Source: Octopus vulgaris (taxonomy: Eukaryota). From it: 64,000 nucleotides of DNA. Shown in pieces: positions 13,074-29,445 of the stretch. Within the stretch, counting starts at the first letter, position 1; each line of letters opens with the position of its first letter. The position numbers and the translations under genes were made by a program. The notes below the pieces were generated by a model. The model was given only the letters and a program-made list of their open reading frames with translations, was not told the DNA's origin and searched no databases. The stretch is taken from positions 11,842,001 to 11,906,000 of the forward strand of contig OX597826.1 in NCBI GenBank assembly GCA_951406725.2, given 5' to 3'.

Positions 13074-13175
13074 CACTGTATGGCACCCTGGGCACGTGTC
13101 TTCTACTATTGCCTCGAACCGACCAAAGCCTTGTGAGTGGATTTGGTAGATTGAAACTGAAAGAAGCCCGTCGTG
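13074..13175 (+). mobile_element. SINE family A, 5' part only, followed by (TATC)n/(TA)n
   Basis: CCACTGTATGGCACCCTGGGCACGTG..GAAACTGAAAGAAGCCCGTCG. Confidence 0.75.
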
Positions 13176-13200
13176 CATATATATATATCTATATCTATAG

Positions 13201-13326
<126 letters not shown>

Positions 13327-13368
13327 GAAAGAATGGAGTCGAACGAAGATGTTAACAAATTTCCTTTA

Positions 13369-13450
13369 CTCTCGACATATGTTTCGAAGACAACATGTTT
13401 TCATTCCAAAGGAATAAAGGGTGCATTATGCAATCCTCTCATCAGGAAAG
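13369..13450 (-). ncRNA. Type I hammerhead ribozyme motif in a ~220-bp (TA)n-flanked segment
   Basis: Minus: CUUUC-CUGAUGA-GAGGA..UCUUC-GAAAC-AUAU-GUC-GAGAG; all stems pair (with G-U). Confidence 0.85.
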
Positions 13451-13540
13451 AAAGGGAGCCTCTCTCGACAACAAGACAAACAAAAATTTCGATGACTGCG
13501 AATTTTCCATGCTGACGATAAACATAGGATAATTCATTCA

Positions 13541-13615
<75 letters not shown>

Positions 13616-13636
13616 ATGTATATATACATATAAGCG

Positions 13637-14962
13637 TTAACAGACAACAGCTCAACGATTTTATTTCTTTTGTTAATACCTTTCACCCACACCATATCAT
13701 ACTTCTCTTTGCTTTCTTGACATTTCCGTTAAAATATACAATACCCACCTCTCCACCTCTGTCTACTAGAAACCTCCTGACTTCCACTCCTACCTCCACG
13801 ACTTTCCTCTCGTCCCAAACATTAAATCTGTTATACTTTTCTCTCAATTTCTTCGCCTTCGACAACTTTGCAGCATCGATTCGGATTTCGAATCATATCG
13901 CAAAACGATGCGACAGTTTTTTCTAAATCGAAGATATCCCCCATCAGTTGTCAAGTCGGCACTCCACCGATCCCAAGCCATCAACCGCACCGCAGCAGCT
14001 CACCTACCATCATCACGCACTTCCACCATCCGTATCCCACTCTATCTCACCTACCACCCGTCCATCCTCCCTCTAAGGCACAATCTCACCCACAACTTTT
14101 GCATTCTTCTTTCGGACCCAACAACCGCCCCTATCTTTTCCTCATCACCTCTCCTGTCTTAAAAATGATACGAGTCTTAGAAATCTCTTTGTTAGAAGCT
14201 TCAGAGCTCCCAGTTCCGCATAACCTGGAACCTGTAAATGTTCTCGCCGACGTTGTAACACATGCCCCTACATCAACAATATTACCACCATCACGGGGCC
14301 CAAGAAACGGTATCGCATAACACCCTACTTCGGCGAATCTCATATATTGCATTGTATGCAAACCCTGCGGTGCTCTTTACATTGGAGAAACAGGGCGACG
14401 CTTCGGGGATCGTTTTCACGAACACATCAGAAGCATAATGCTTCGTATGCCAGGCCAACCAATCGCCACCCACTTCAACACTGTAAATCATTCTATTGCA
14501 GATTTGTCAGTGTGTGGTGTGGCCTTGCACCACGGATCCTTCTTCTCTAGGAAACGAAAGAAGCAACGTCTCATATTCGATCTTGGCAATATATCCCCAA
14601 CAGGTATGAATGAACGTTTTTCCTTTCATCCTTTCGCCTCCTCTTAATTCTTCTTTGCCATTTTTAATCCTCCTTCCACACTCTCCCTCCGCAACATTCC
14701 CGTATTTACTTACTTCCACTCTCTCCATCACCCATTTCCTCCTCCTGTCTGCACGCCCTCTCCCTATAACTTCTGTTTCACGTGCGTAACCCGCGTTACT
14801 TTTCGTCCATTATCAGTTGCAGCCAGTTTTTCAAGCTGAGAGGATGGAAACTCTGACTTTTTTCTCCTTTTCATCTCTTTTTCTCTGCCCCCTGTCGAAG
14901 GATTGCATCTGAAACGTTGGATATTCCACTTCGCACGGCAAGTTCACTATACCCCTTTTCAC
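13637..14962 (+). pseudogene. 5'-truncated Penelope-like element (RT C-terminus, Cys linker, GIY-YIG endonuclease, 3' tail), frameshifted
   Basis: QQLNDFISFVNTFHP; FFLNRRYPPSVV; RIPLYLTYHP; GTCKCSRRRCNTCPYI (Neptune-type Cys motif); NLIYCI..LYIGETGRRFGDRFHEH; GMNE end; (TA)n on both sides. Confidence 0.9.
14890..14920 (+). ncRNA. Variant minimal hammerhead in the PLE 3' tail (core CUGUCGAA)
   Basis: CC-CTGTCGAA-GGAT-TGC-ATCT-GAAAC-GTT-GG, at the position expected for a PLE tail HHR. Confidence 0.6.
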
Positions 14963-14989
14963 TTATATATATATATATATATATATATA

Positions 14990-15189
14990 TACGTTTATGA
15001 ATGGACAGAGCGGAGTAGGAGCACACACGAGGACGGAAAGTGTCACTGAAGAGGTCACAGATGTGTGACGAAAGATTTCCGGAGAGAGTATATGAGATAA
15101 AATAAGAACGATAATAAACGAGTGAAGAACGAATATATAATGCGTGTGTTTATTTGGCAAAAAAAAACTGTCCATCCCAAAATACAACA

Positions 15190-15190
<1 letters not shown>
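14990..15190 (+). mobile_element. Short (TA)n-flanked repeat; second copy at ~20735-20885 in opposite orientation
   Basis: GACGGAAAGTGTCA..GAGGTCACAGATGTGTGACGA..ATTTCCGGA shared between the two loci. Confidence 0.7.
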
Positions 15191-15206
<16 letters not shown>

Positions 15207-15231
<25 letters not shown>

Positions 15232-15485
15232 ACGAGTGTGTGTGTGTGTCTGTGAGCGTGTGTACATGTGTGTGTGTGTGTGTGTCTTTGTGTCTGTCTT
15301 CTCACCACTGTTTGACAACCTGTGCCGGTAGGTTTACGTTGCCATAATATATCAGTTCGGCAAAACAGATCGATAAAGTAAGTACCAATCTTAAAAATTA
15401 AGTCCTGAGGTCAATTCATTCGATTAAAATTTTTTGACTGCGGTGCCCCAGCATGGCCGGAATCTAATGACTGAAACAACTAAAA
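15207..15485 (+). mobile_element. SINE family A, 3' half (diverged)
   Basis: TTGACAACC..CGGCAAAA..CAGCATGGCCG..TGACTGAAAC. Confidence 0.75.
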
Positions 15486-15997
15486 AAATGTTTGTCAACA
15501 TAGATGTAATTTTCCACTTTTAACATACAAGTCTATTATAAAACATTTCGAAATTACATAGGCAAGAACAGCGCTATTGTTATGTCTCAAGTGTTTACTT
15601 TCGCGGGATCAATACATATTCCATTTATAATTGCTAAGAAACGTAGAAATTTCCTTTCTTTGAAGCGGTTAGACAGCTCCAGTATCTAATCAATTCTCAA
15701 CTGATGTTATTCGATCTCACCACTTCAGGTCAGCGAATTATTCATCAGTTTTTAGAATGGTTATTAAATTATCTTGGACCTTGTAAGGTTATTTCTACAA
15801 ACCAGAAGAATAAAAAAAAAAGGTGAAGGGTGAATCGGATGCTTGATTAAAGAGGAACTAAGGATTTAACTGAGAGTAAATTGGGTTAGATTAAACGATT
15901 TCCTCCTACTACAAAATCAATACCTTTTCAGTCTATTCTGACGTTAGTATCTACTTGATATGGGTTTTCTTGCATAGTTACCCTCACATACACATAC

Positions 15998-16210
15998 TGA
16001 TTTCAAAATTTGGCACTAGGCCAGCAATTTAGGGGGAAAGGGCAAGTCAATTACATCAACCCAGTGTACAACTGGTACTTGTTTTTCGAGCCCGAAAGGA
16101 CGAAAGGCAAAGTTGACCTCGGCAGAATTTGAATTCAGAACGTAAAGATGGACGAAATGCCATTAACCATTTTGCCCAGCGTGCTAACGATTCCGTCAAC
16201 TCATCGCCTT
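15998..16210 (-). mobile_element. SINE family B (tail variant 2)
   Basis: CCCGAAAGGACGAAAGGCAAAGTTGACCTCGGCAGAATTTGAATTC core. Confidence 0.75.
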
Positions 16211-16614
16211 CTTACACATACACATATTGATGCTCATACATACACCAACACGCCACACTCTCACACAAACAGACACACTCATTCAGACACCTAATATATA
16301 TACACCTTCCTTACCTACTTATCTATATATACGTATATCAATGATTTCCCCGAAGCATCAACATTTTTCAGCGAAATTAATTCATAATTCCTTGAAATTG
16401 TCTGTTTTGCGAATCAGTAACAGTTTCTGCTAAGCGCCGATAGGTTTTTGTTTTCTTTCTCCATTAAGAGGCAAATTTCAGCTCATTTAGAAATTTTAGC
16501 GTAAATTTCATCATCTAGCTAATTTACCTAAATTCATACTACTGGCTTACACGATTTATTTCTCATTATATACATACATACATACATACATACATACATA
16601 CATACATACATACA

Positions 16615-16645
<31 letters not shown>

Positions 16646-16682
16646 TTATGAATATATCGATTTGCTTTCTCTGTCTGTCTGT

Positions 16683-16748
<66 letters not shown>

Positions 16749-17418
16749 GTCTGTCTATCTATCTCTTTCTCTTACTACATAGACATTCATATTTTCACAC
16801 AAACAGACATTTACTTCACTTTCTAAATTGGTGTTTCTTTAATAATATAAACATTGCAAAGCCTCTCAGTGGGTGAAATAAGAATGTAAATACATTCTTA
16901 CTATATGATTGATTTGCTGAGAAAAGTGGGAATTATTCTCCTGACGGACCGTTCTACAGTTGGGTGGTCGCTCCCGAGAAATGTGGCATCTATCTTTCTT
17001 CCTCGCTATATACCATAGATCAGTTATGTAAAGCAATTGTGAATCAGTCTAGAACTATATCGGTTTATCTAATTTGCATATTTGTGATTTTTTCGTACAC
17101 ACCCATCAACAGTACAGAAATAACTTATTTTATCTCATCCACAGTGAGTCTTCTTAATGCTTAAATTTGCCACGATTCTTCTAAGTAACTCTCTCTAGTA
17201 CTTAAAATAGGTATTATTGAACTGATGACGAGCCGTTAAACGTTTAAATATGCAAATTAGGATAACTGCTACGGTGCTAGCCTAATTTATAACTGCTTTA
17301 TATAGCCCCTAGTCTATGCCATTGATTGGGAGAGTAAGCTACCTTTGAGGAGTGATTAACAGATAGTGAAAATGTACGTTAAGAAAGTTCACTCCTCTTT
17401 GTTTTGCACATTTGCAGA

Positions 17419-17578
17419 GTAGGAGTGGCTGTGTGGTAAGTAGCTTGCTTACCGACCACATGGTTCCAGGTTCAGTCCCACTGAGTGGCACTTTGAGCAA
17501 GTGTTTTCTACTATAGCCTCGGGTCGACCAAAGCCTTGTGAATGGATTTGGTAGACGGAAACTGAAAGAAGCCCGTCG

Positions 17579-17617
<39 letters not shown>

Positions 17618-17828
17618 ATGTTTGTGTGTCTGTGTTTGTCCCCCCCCCAACATCACTTGACAACCGATGCTGGTATGTTTACGTCCCCGTAACCTAGTGG
17701 TTCGGCAAAAGATACCAATAGAACAAGTACTAGTCTTATACAAAGAATAAGTCCTGGGGTCGATTTGCTCGACTAAAGACGGTGCTCCAGCATGGCCACA
17801 GTCAAATGACTGAAACAAGTAAAAGTAA
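17419..17828 (+). mobile_element. SINE family A
   Basis: Full copy. Confidence 0.9.
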
Positions 17829-17957
17829 GTAAGTAGAAAAATGTGTTAACATTCATATTTCACATATAGTGAACCCTCCGACAGTTAAAATTTGTGTTAG
17901 TTTTTTTGATTTACGCTGAGTTATTCCCCCCACCATTATATGTTATACACATCAGTC

Positions 17958-18154
17958 GCCATGATAGATCGTTAGCCACTACACACATTTTTTCTCTCCT
18001 TGTTTCTCTCCTTGTTTTTTTTTCTGTGTCCCTTTCTGTAGAAGAGCGTAGGCTCGAAGCGTAAAAGACTTTTTCTATTCCTGAGCGTTATACTAATACA
18101 TCTGTTTGTTTTGTACACCACCTGTTTTCGTCTTTTGTTTTTTTCGTAAACTCT

Positions 18155-18208
<54 letters not shown>

Positions 18209-18404
18209 CATGACGTCAGAGGCCATGATAGATCGTTAGCCACTACACACATTTTTTTCTCTCCCTGTTTTTTCTGTGTCCCTTTCTGTAGAAGAGCGTA
18301 GGCTCGAAGCGTAAAAGACTTTTTCTATTCCTGAGCGTTATACTAATACATCTGTTTGTTTTGTACACCACCTGTTTTCGTCTTTTGTTTTTTTCGTAAA
18401 CTCT

Positions 18405-18485
<81 letters not shown>

Positions 18486-18679
18486 TGACGTCAGAGGCCA
18501 TGATAGATCGTTAGCCACTACACACATTTTTTTCTCTCCCTGTTTTTTCTGTGTCCCTTTCTGTAGAAGAGCGTAGGCTCGAAGCGTAAAAGACTTTTTC
18601 TATTCCTGAGCGTTATACTAATACATCTGTTTGTTTTGTACACCACCTGTTTTCGTCTTTTGTTTTTTTCGTAAACTCT

Positions 18680-18731
<52 letters not shown>

Positions 18732-18931
18732 CATGACGTCAGAGGCCATGATAGATCGTTAGCCACTACACACATTTTTTTCTCTCCTTGTTTTTTCTGT
18801 GTCCCTTTCTGTAGAAGAGCGTAGGCTCGAAACGTAAAAGACTTTTTCTATTCCTGGGCGTTATACTAATACATCTGTTTGTTTTGTACACCACCCGTCT
18901 TCGTCTTTTGTTTTTTTCGTAAACTCTCCCT
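17958..18931 (+). repeat. Four-unit tandem array (units start 17958, 18222, 18497, 18745), each with a hammerhead-like motif, joined by (TA)n; retrozyme-like
   Basis: Near-identical ~190-200 bp bodies; HHR-like motif at 18032-18067, 18282-18317, 18557-18592, 18805-18840. Confidence 0.85.
18805..18840 (+). ncRNA. Variant minimal hammerhead (core CUGUAGAA), best-preserved unit of the array
   Basis: CTTT-CTGTAGAA-GAGC-GTAG-GCTC-GAAAC-GTA-AAAG; stems I and II perfectly paired; units 1-3 have GAAGC instead of GAAAC. Confidence 0.65.
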
Positions 18932-19115
18932 ATCTATTTGTATATCTATCTTGAGCTCTCTATTTATACATGTATAATGGGTGTAGAAATTTATACATGT
19001 ATAATGGGTGTACAAATAGTAGAAAAGAAAAGTCAATTTATATAGAAGCACCAATTCGTTCAAAGATCAAGATTCTCGCCAACATTAGTTCAAGAGTATA
19101 TGCCTTCGTTCTCGT

Positions 19116-19363
<248 letters not shown>

Positions 19364-19734
19364 ATGTATACGTGTTTGTGTAGGCTGAGCGTGTGAGCTA
19401 CGCGTTCGTGCGTTTTACCAGAATGCTATTTCATTTACGTGTGCGAAACATTATTTAGTCAAGGTTGTTTGTTTACTCGTTTGTTTGCTTGTTTACACAA
19501 GGAAATGATAATAAGAAAACAATACGAAAATGGGGGAGAAAGAAAAATAAGTAAATGATAAAGAAAATCATTCACAGATTCGATTTAGTCCTGGACAATT
19601 ATTTGTTCTTCTGATTGAGTGAAAATACTAATTTCCTCTATGATGAGAAATTCAATTTCAATCCATAAATCGTATTGCCAGAACGAAAGAGATAACCACA
19701 CAACAACATACATTAAAATATACAGATTTACTTG

Positions 19735-20570
<836 letters not shown>

Positions 20571-20898
20571 ACAGAATCAAACGATGTACGAATGCGTACG
20601 TAAATAACATTAACAAAATGGCATCAACGCAGCGCCGAAGAAAAATGTTGTTTGAAAAATAATATATAACTAAATAATAATAATAATAGGAATTCGTGTT
20701 GTAAGATTCATGATGTGAAGTCATGTGTTGAAACAAATATTGTTCTTCACTCGTTTATTACTGTTCTTATTCAAACTCATGTCCATTATCCGGAAATCGC
20801 TCGTCACACATCTGTGACCTCCTCGATGACACTTTCCGTCTTCCTGTGTGCGCTCTTGCTCTGCTTATTCCATTCTGAACATCCCGAAAGACAATAAA

Positions 20899-21343
<445 letters not shown>

Positions 21344-21487
21344 CCTTTCTTTTAAAGGCACAAGACTTGAAATTTGGTGGAGGAGATAAGCGATTAGATC
21401 GTCCCCAGTATTTTACTGGTGCTTTACTTATACATAAATACATACATGCACATGCACATACATGCATGCGTGCGTGTGTGCGTACAT

Positions 21488-21529
<42 letters not shown>

Positions 21530-21542
21530 ATATATATATGCT

Positions 21543-21878
21543 AAGACCCCCTTTCGGTCATGACTGACCATGGGATTGTTCCTAGAAAGTTACCCTCCCA
21601 GGCACAAGTCCGGGCAAGGGTGTTTATTGAAGACCAGCAGTCGCCCATGCATACCAGCCCCCCTCTCCACGCTACCGGTGTTATCCAAGGGAAAGGCAAA
21701 GGGGCCGATACAGCTTGGCACCTGTGACGTCGCAACTCATTTCTACAGCTGAGTGAACTGGAGCAACGTGAAATAAAGTGTCTTGCTCAAGAACGCAACA
21801 CACAGCCCGGTCCGGGATTCGAACTCACAACCTCACGATCGTAAGCTCGACGCTCTAACCACTGAGCCATGCGCCTTC
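21543..21878 (-). mobile_element. SINE family D, tail type a
   Basis: Minus head GAAGGCGCATGGCTCAGTGGTTAGAGCG..GAGTTCGAATCCCGG; homologous to 10530-10848. Confidence 0.85.
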
Positions 21879-21884
21879 GCACAC

Positions 21885-21937
<53 letters not shown>

Positions 21938-23225
21938 TATATATGTCATTTATCTTTTACTTGTTTCAGTCATTACACACGATTCTGAACTGTTGCAATA
22001 TACTTGTACACCACGTTTCGTATCGACACTCTTCGTAAACACATACCCCACATCCCCATTCACAGACACACACACACACACACACAAGCACATATATATA
22101 CACTATGAATATGCCCACACCACCAAACACATACACATACGCGCAAATACATATTAATAAGTGATGTCCGAAAACAAAGTAGGATCAATAAAGAAGCCGT
22201 TGGCACGAAATACAAAGAATATAACGGAGTTAGGAAGTTCAGAGCAACCAGGAATTTCCTTCACTAAAGTGTAGGTCAAGTCTTTTATGCTTGCATGCTT
22301 ATATATGCATTATCAGTGCGCCAACTTCCCTTTGAGCCTGAAAACTCTCTAGAAATGTCGATTTTTAAGCATGCTCATTCTCGGTTGTATTATTAAGTTA
22401 GAATGATCAATGAATAAGGCAGTTAATGTTCTTTCACATCTTAATTACAGACATAATAAATCAATCTTGGAGTACAGACCAAATGAATCTACTTATAGGA
22501 TCAGTAAATTCGAAAACCTCGGCCAAATTATTTCTTTGTTGTGACATATTGAACCTTCGTAGTATTTTAAATGTAACGTTTTTTTTCCATATTAGTTTTT
22601 AGCTCATTAATTGGCTATTTAAAGTGTTCTTTTGGAATTCAAGTATGAAAACGGAATATTAATTTCACATAGTAATTCATCATTTTATACTAGATTTTCT
22701 CCATGCTCTACTCCCTACATTCATCCATGAATTTATTGCACGTATATGACGACTGTGTATATGTGATGAAAGACAGATGGAGCAAAGAAGGCGGATTTGG
22801 AATAAATTGTGTCGTTCATGTACAACATGAAAATAAAATTATCAAATACAACTCCTTTATCAATAAAAATGCTTACTACATCACTCTTTGGACTGAGTAG
22901 GAAGAGGACTTTTAGAAAGCTGGGTGAAATACATTTAGGAGAGTAGAAAACCAGTTTATACTCTAATATCACAGGTAAAAAGTGAAGAGTTTGCAAGTAC
23001 TCCTTTGTAGCAGTTTTCATAGATAAATAGGCAGATATCCAAAGAGTTAATACATGAATTTCACAAATAAAAGATTAGCGAATAAGTATAATCCATGCTA
23101 GTCGTGTCTGGAGTTAGCTGCACAGTGAGAGCAGTATTGTGCAAGATGTGTACATGTACATGAAGTAGATTGTTGTTAGCGAATACAATTATATATTGTG
23201 TACACGAATGAAGAATACTCATAGG

Positions 23226-23628
23226 AGGGCTGTGTCGTAAGTAGCTTGTTTACCAACCACATGGTTCCGGGTTCAGTTCCACTGCGTGGCACTTTGGGCA
23301 AGTGTCTTCTACTATAGCCTCGGGACAACCAAAGCCTTGTGAGTGGATTTGGTAGACGGAAACTGAAAGAAGCCCGTCGAATATATATATATATATATAT
23401 GTGTATGTGTGTGTGTATGTGTATGTTTGTGTGTCTGCGTTTGTCCCCCAACATCGCTTGACAACCGATGCTGGTGTGTTTACTTCCCCGGTAACTTAGC
23501 GGTTCGGCAAAAGAGACCGATAGAATAAGTACTAGGCTTACAAAGAATAAGTCCTGTGGTCGATTTGCTCGACTAAAGGCAGTGCTCCAGCATGGCCGGA
23601 GTCAAATGACTGAAACAAGTAAAAGAGA
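23226..23628 (+). mobile_element. SINE family A
   Basis: Full copy. Confidence 0.9.
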
Positions 23629-24883
23629 ATGGAGTAAAACGTTGATTCCCAACGTAGAGTATAAGTCCCACCGGTGGCGCCTGCGGAAATTGTGGTGGGG
23701 AATGGGATCCAAAGTGTTTTCTTTTTTTTTTTAGTGGGACATGGATTTGTGAAAATCTTTTTTTCTTACTCAATAATGTAAATTTTTTGGGAACAAGTAC
23801 TTCATAAAAGAGTTACCAATAGATTCTTTTATATTAAATAATTTTAATAAAATATTAAAAATGAAGATTTGTTTTCCAGCCACCAATGGGGTTTACATTT
23901 TTCTGGAAAGATACTGTGGGGCTTGAGGGAAACACTAATCTTCCACGCTTGTTGTTACACGAGCAACTCGAACCATTGCCAGTATTTCTACAAATTCGTC
24001 TGATTTACTCAGAGTGTCAGCCAAAGCTCTCTCTCTTCTCCAGTTCGTTCGCTATGTCATTTCAAATTGGATTTTATATTTTTGAAGTTCAATGATTTTG
24101 GTCAACAATCTCATATTAATGATCGATAGTCAATGACTGATACATCGATCAAACATTCAATTAGACAAGCTATGTTGCATCTGTCGATTAATGGTAAAGA
24201 ATGTGGCCACCAAAGCAGAACAACAGCAATAACACCAAAAAACCATTCCTTCGACATTCAATTTCTGTGGAGTTGATAATATCGATTTTTCATCCACAAA
24301 ACAGTGGATATGTGATTGTATAAAAAAAACTATCATCATCATCATCATCATCATTGTTGTTGTCATCGTTGATGTTCTTGTTTCTGTTGATGTGTAACAA
24401 CGCTATTGGGGTTGTTCTGGTTTAGTCTTTGTCTCCGCCGTCCGACTCATATTAATGTAAACACAATCACGACAACGCCTTTCACAGCAGCAACTCAAAT
24501 ATGGATTGATCACACTCTACAAGACAAAGAGGACTTCAGACCGAAATGCAAAGATTGTTTAATTGCACCCAACGTATTCCGAATTCTACAGGCAGAGAAA
24601 ATATAATCTGAATGAAGAACATTGACAAATGAATAATAAGATAAAATGAAATTGAATAGGCGCAGGCATAGCTGTGTTGCTAAGAAGCTGACTCTGCAAC
24701 AGCATAGTCTGTAGTAGAAGACCCTTGCCCAAGGTGCTACGCAGCGGAACTGAACTCGGAACCATGTGGTTGGGAAGCAAGCTTCTTACCACAGCAACTC
24801 CCCATTCCCATGAATTAGCCGTTCGGCAAAAATAATTGAGAGAATAAATATCAGAATTCAAAAATAAGTACTGAGATCAATAT

Positions 24884-25116
24884 GTGTTTCTTTATTAGCC
24901 ACAAGGGGCTAAACATAGAGGGGACAAACAAGGACAGACAAATGGATTAAGTCGATTAGATCGACCCCAGTGCGTAACTGGTACTTAATTTATTGACCCC
25001 AAAAGGATGAAAGGCAAAGTCGACCTCGGCGGAATTTGAACTCAGAACGTAACGGCAGACGAAATACGGCTACGCATTTCGCCCGGCGTGCTAACGGTTC
25101 TGCCAGCTCGCCGCCT
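24884..25116 (-). mobile_element. SINE family B with 15-bp TSD
   Basis: Full copy flanked by CTGAGATCAATATGT on both sides. Confidence 0.9.
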
Positions 25117-25656
25117 TCTGAGATCAATATGTTTAATGAAACCGTTCAAGGCCACAATTCAACGACTGAAACCAGTAAACGTTAAACTATGAAAAGTATA
25201 AATGGTAAAAAAAACAAACAAACACAAAAAGAGGGTCGACAATCCAATCCGCATTACAACGGACACAGAGAAAAAGATGTGTAAGGGTTGTAAGATTCTA
25301 TACAATGCGGCAAGACATTATCGTGTTGAAATGGCTTTTTTCTCTCAATAAATCGGAGGCTTGGAAGATAGCCAGACATATGATTCAGGTTCGTGCAGTT
25401 TCCTTGATTGGTCCTAAGCAGCTGACCCACCAGTTGAGGAATCTTGTTCCATGGCAATCTAGTTTTACTGTTTTTTTGTTTTCGTATGTGTTTTATATGA
25501 AACTTCTACTGTGTTGTATCTCGTTTCTTTTTGGTAAATGTCTTCTTTACTCTAAGAGTTTCGTGAAATAATAATTGCTTTACTCTGTTCTTCAAAACCG
25601 GTTGGCCTTTTGCCAAGATTTGAAACCGTTATCATTATAAGCATCATGATCGACAC

Positions 25657-26967
<1,311 letters not shown>

Positions 26968-29152
26968 CCATCATGGTCATGGTCATCGTCGTCGTTGTTA
27001 CATAGCATTATGAAGGAGTATTGGTAGAGTGTTAATTAGATTACCTCGTAGTCGTTATGTCCTTTTACGTCCTGAGTTCAAATCGCCGTCTAAGTATCGG
27101 TTTCCTTTTTCATTCCCCTTGGGTCGATGAAATTGATACCAATATACACTAAGCTGGAATTAATCAACTGCACAATGGCTCAAATATTTGGCTCGTTCTC
27201 TTCCACGACTACCCCCTACGTACCCGTCACACGATGGCATAACGAAGACAGCATCTCAAGTCTGGTAAAACGTCTTTTACCATAACAATGTGGACCATAC
27301 GAACTATAAGAGAAATTAGAAAGGTAATTGGAAGAATTGCTTTCTTTGAAGCATTCTTAAAAGTCCGAAAAGAAACGAGATGTTGTGATGTAAATACCTC
27401 TCGTAACAGTAATGCTGAAACGAAGTTATTTCAAGAAGCGATTGAAACGATGTGATGCTAATGTTAAATGGCGCCCGCTATAAAATGTTGGACAATCAGA
27501 ATAAGCTGCAACAAAGCAGCATAAAGTGAGATCCAGATGATGATATATGAAAATATTGGAAGCACTTATACAACACTACTTTACAATATACAAAATTGCA
27601 ATACATTTTGATATACAACATCGTATTACAACTTTACACTCCGCTACTTGAACATATTACGTTGCTTTGTATAAAGGAATATTATTCTATCTCCAGACTG
27701 TATCGTGTGAAAAAATAAAATCTCATCTATCTCTATTGAATAAAATTGAATGAATACAGAGAAACTCGGAGAAATACTGCTATGCTACCACGACGACCAC
27801 TGCGACCACCTCTAACACTGACAAAAGGAAAAAAAAAGCAAATAAAAACATTACCATTACGGCATTCACCAACACTACAATACCTATCACTCATCAAAAC
27901 AAGGTATTCCATTATAAGCAGATATCAATAACGATAACAAAAATAATATAAATAAAATAAATTACAATAAAAATGAAATCCACCACTCTGCTATTCCCTC
28001 CTCATCAGCTGCCATGTTTCGCATCACAATAATCTCTACCCTCACCACCTTTGACAAGAACACCAATAAGAAGATATTATGAAAGCCCCGCATCATACCT
28101 CAAGCAGAAATCATTTCACAACATAATCTAATCCACCACCTTCTAATGTCTCCACTAACATCGTTCAGCGCCCCCACCTCAAGCAACACCTCCACAACCA
28201 CTTATATCATCTGAACACGCTTAACTGTTCCTAAAGAACCCACAACATTTCATAAAATCTTTTTCTGAAATTCATTTCGTTTCTGAATCACAAAATACAA
28301 ACCAAAACAACGAGAATACACAAAACAACCAATTATGTAATCTATATCGAATTCCCACTGAAAATAATACCTTCTCTATGGCACCAGATATTTCTATCGA
28401 CCAACAGCAAGCAATAGACTGCAATTTCAAAAATAACCATTCAATGTTGAATAATGAATAGTCTTCCATAATCAACAGCTACGTACATGCTGTATATTCA
28501 ATTTCGTTTTATTCAATTTTATTTTATTTTGAATACATTCGCTAATTTATTTTGAATTTCTTTTTCCTTTTGCAATCATATTTATACACGCTTTACTTTT
28601 GTAATGTACAATAATTGAATGAGGATACACATTCCTGTCGATAAACCATTATCTCTCGATCTACCAGCCCATCCACTCATCCCACAATACATGCACACTC
28701 ACATACTCACACACATGTACACAACCATGCGCAAACGCATCTGTATGTACATATACATATATACACATATACATATATACACATACACATATATGTCTCT
28801 GTGTGAGAACGAATGTGATATACTGAAACTACGACAGTGTTCGAATTTGAAGATTTTTCATACAAAATGTTCATCATATTTACTTATTAATCCTTTATGT
28901 TTTGTGTGGAACAATAAGTTATATTAATTCTGTTAACGTTTCAAGACCTTCTCGACCTCATAATGAGGATGCAATGTTTATAGACGGCACTTATTGTCGC
29001 GTTTTGTGTTGTAAGAATTGTAAGAAAATGAGAAAAGTAATAAAGGTGATGAATTCGCCAAAATTCTCATTATTTCTTTATGAGTAGAAAGATTAAACCT
29101 GAAGGGAATCGTATTTTCAACACACGTTTGAAAAAGAGATATAGTATTCCTC

Positions 29153-29154
<2 letters not shown>

Positions 29155-29238
<84 letters not shown>

Positions 29239-29325
29239 GTCTGTTTGTCTGACTGTCTATCTTTTGCCTGCCTGACTGTCTTTCTAGTGCTTGCAAACCT
29301 GTCTGCCTGCCTATCTATCTGTTTG

Positions 29326-29421
<96 letters not shown>

Positions 29422-29445
29422 GCTGTCTGTCTGTCTGTCTCTATG
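29155..29445. repeat. (TATC)n/(TGTC)n tetranucleotide microsatellite
   Basis: Direct reading. Confidence 0.9.

Noticed and set aside
15042-15082. CTGAAGAG-GTCACA-GATG-TGTGAC-GAAAG hammerhead-like string
   Set aside because: No stem I pairing, and the sister copy near 20820 lacks the CUGA core. Could be a decayed HHR but is not supportable.
17221-17262. CTGATGA next to an ATGCAAAT octamer
   Set aside because: No GAAA or stems for an HHR, and a single octamer is expected by chance in AT-rich DNA.
17958-18931. CRISPR-like repeat/spacer pattern
   Set aside because: Units are ~200 bp with (TA)n spacers in a eukaryotic context; no cas genes.
23880-25460. Possible Tc1/mariner remnants (DEK..MVFWC; FQHDNVLPH)
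   Set aside because: Only short motifs with no continuous frame or TIRs; needs tblastn or HMM confirmation.
28930-28970. GAAACGTT with upstream ATGAGG on the minus strand
   Set aside because: Core and stems too degraded to call a hammerhead.
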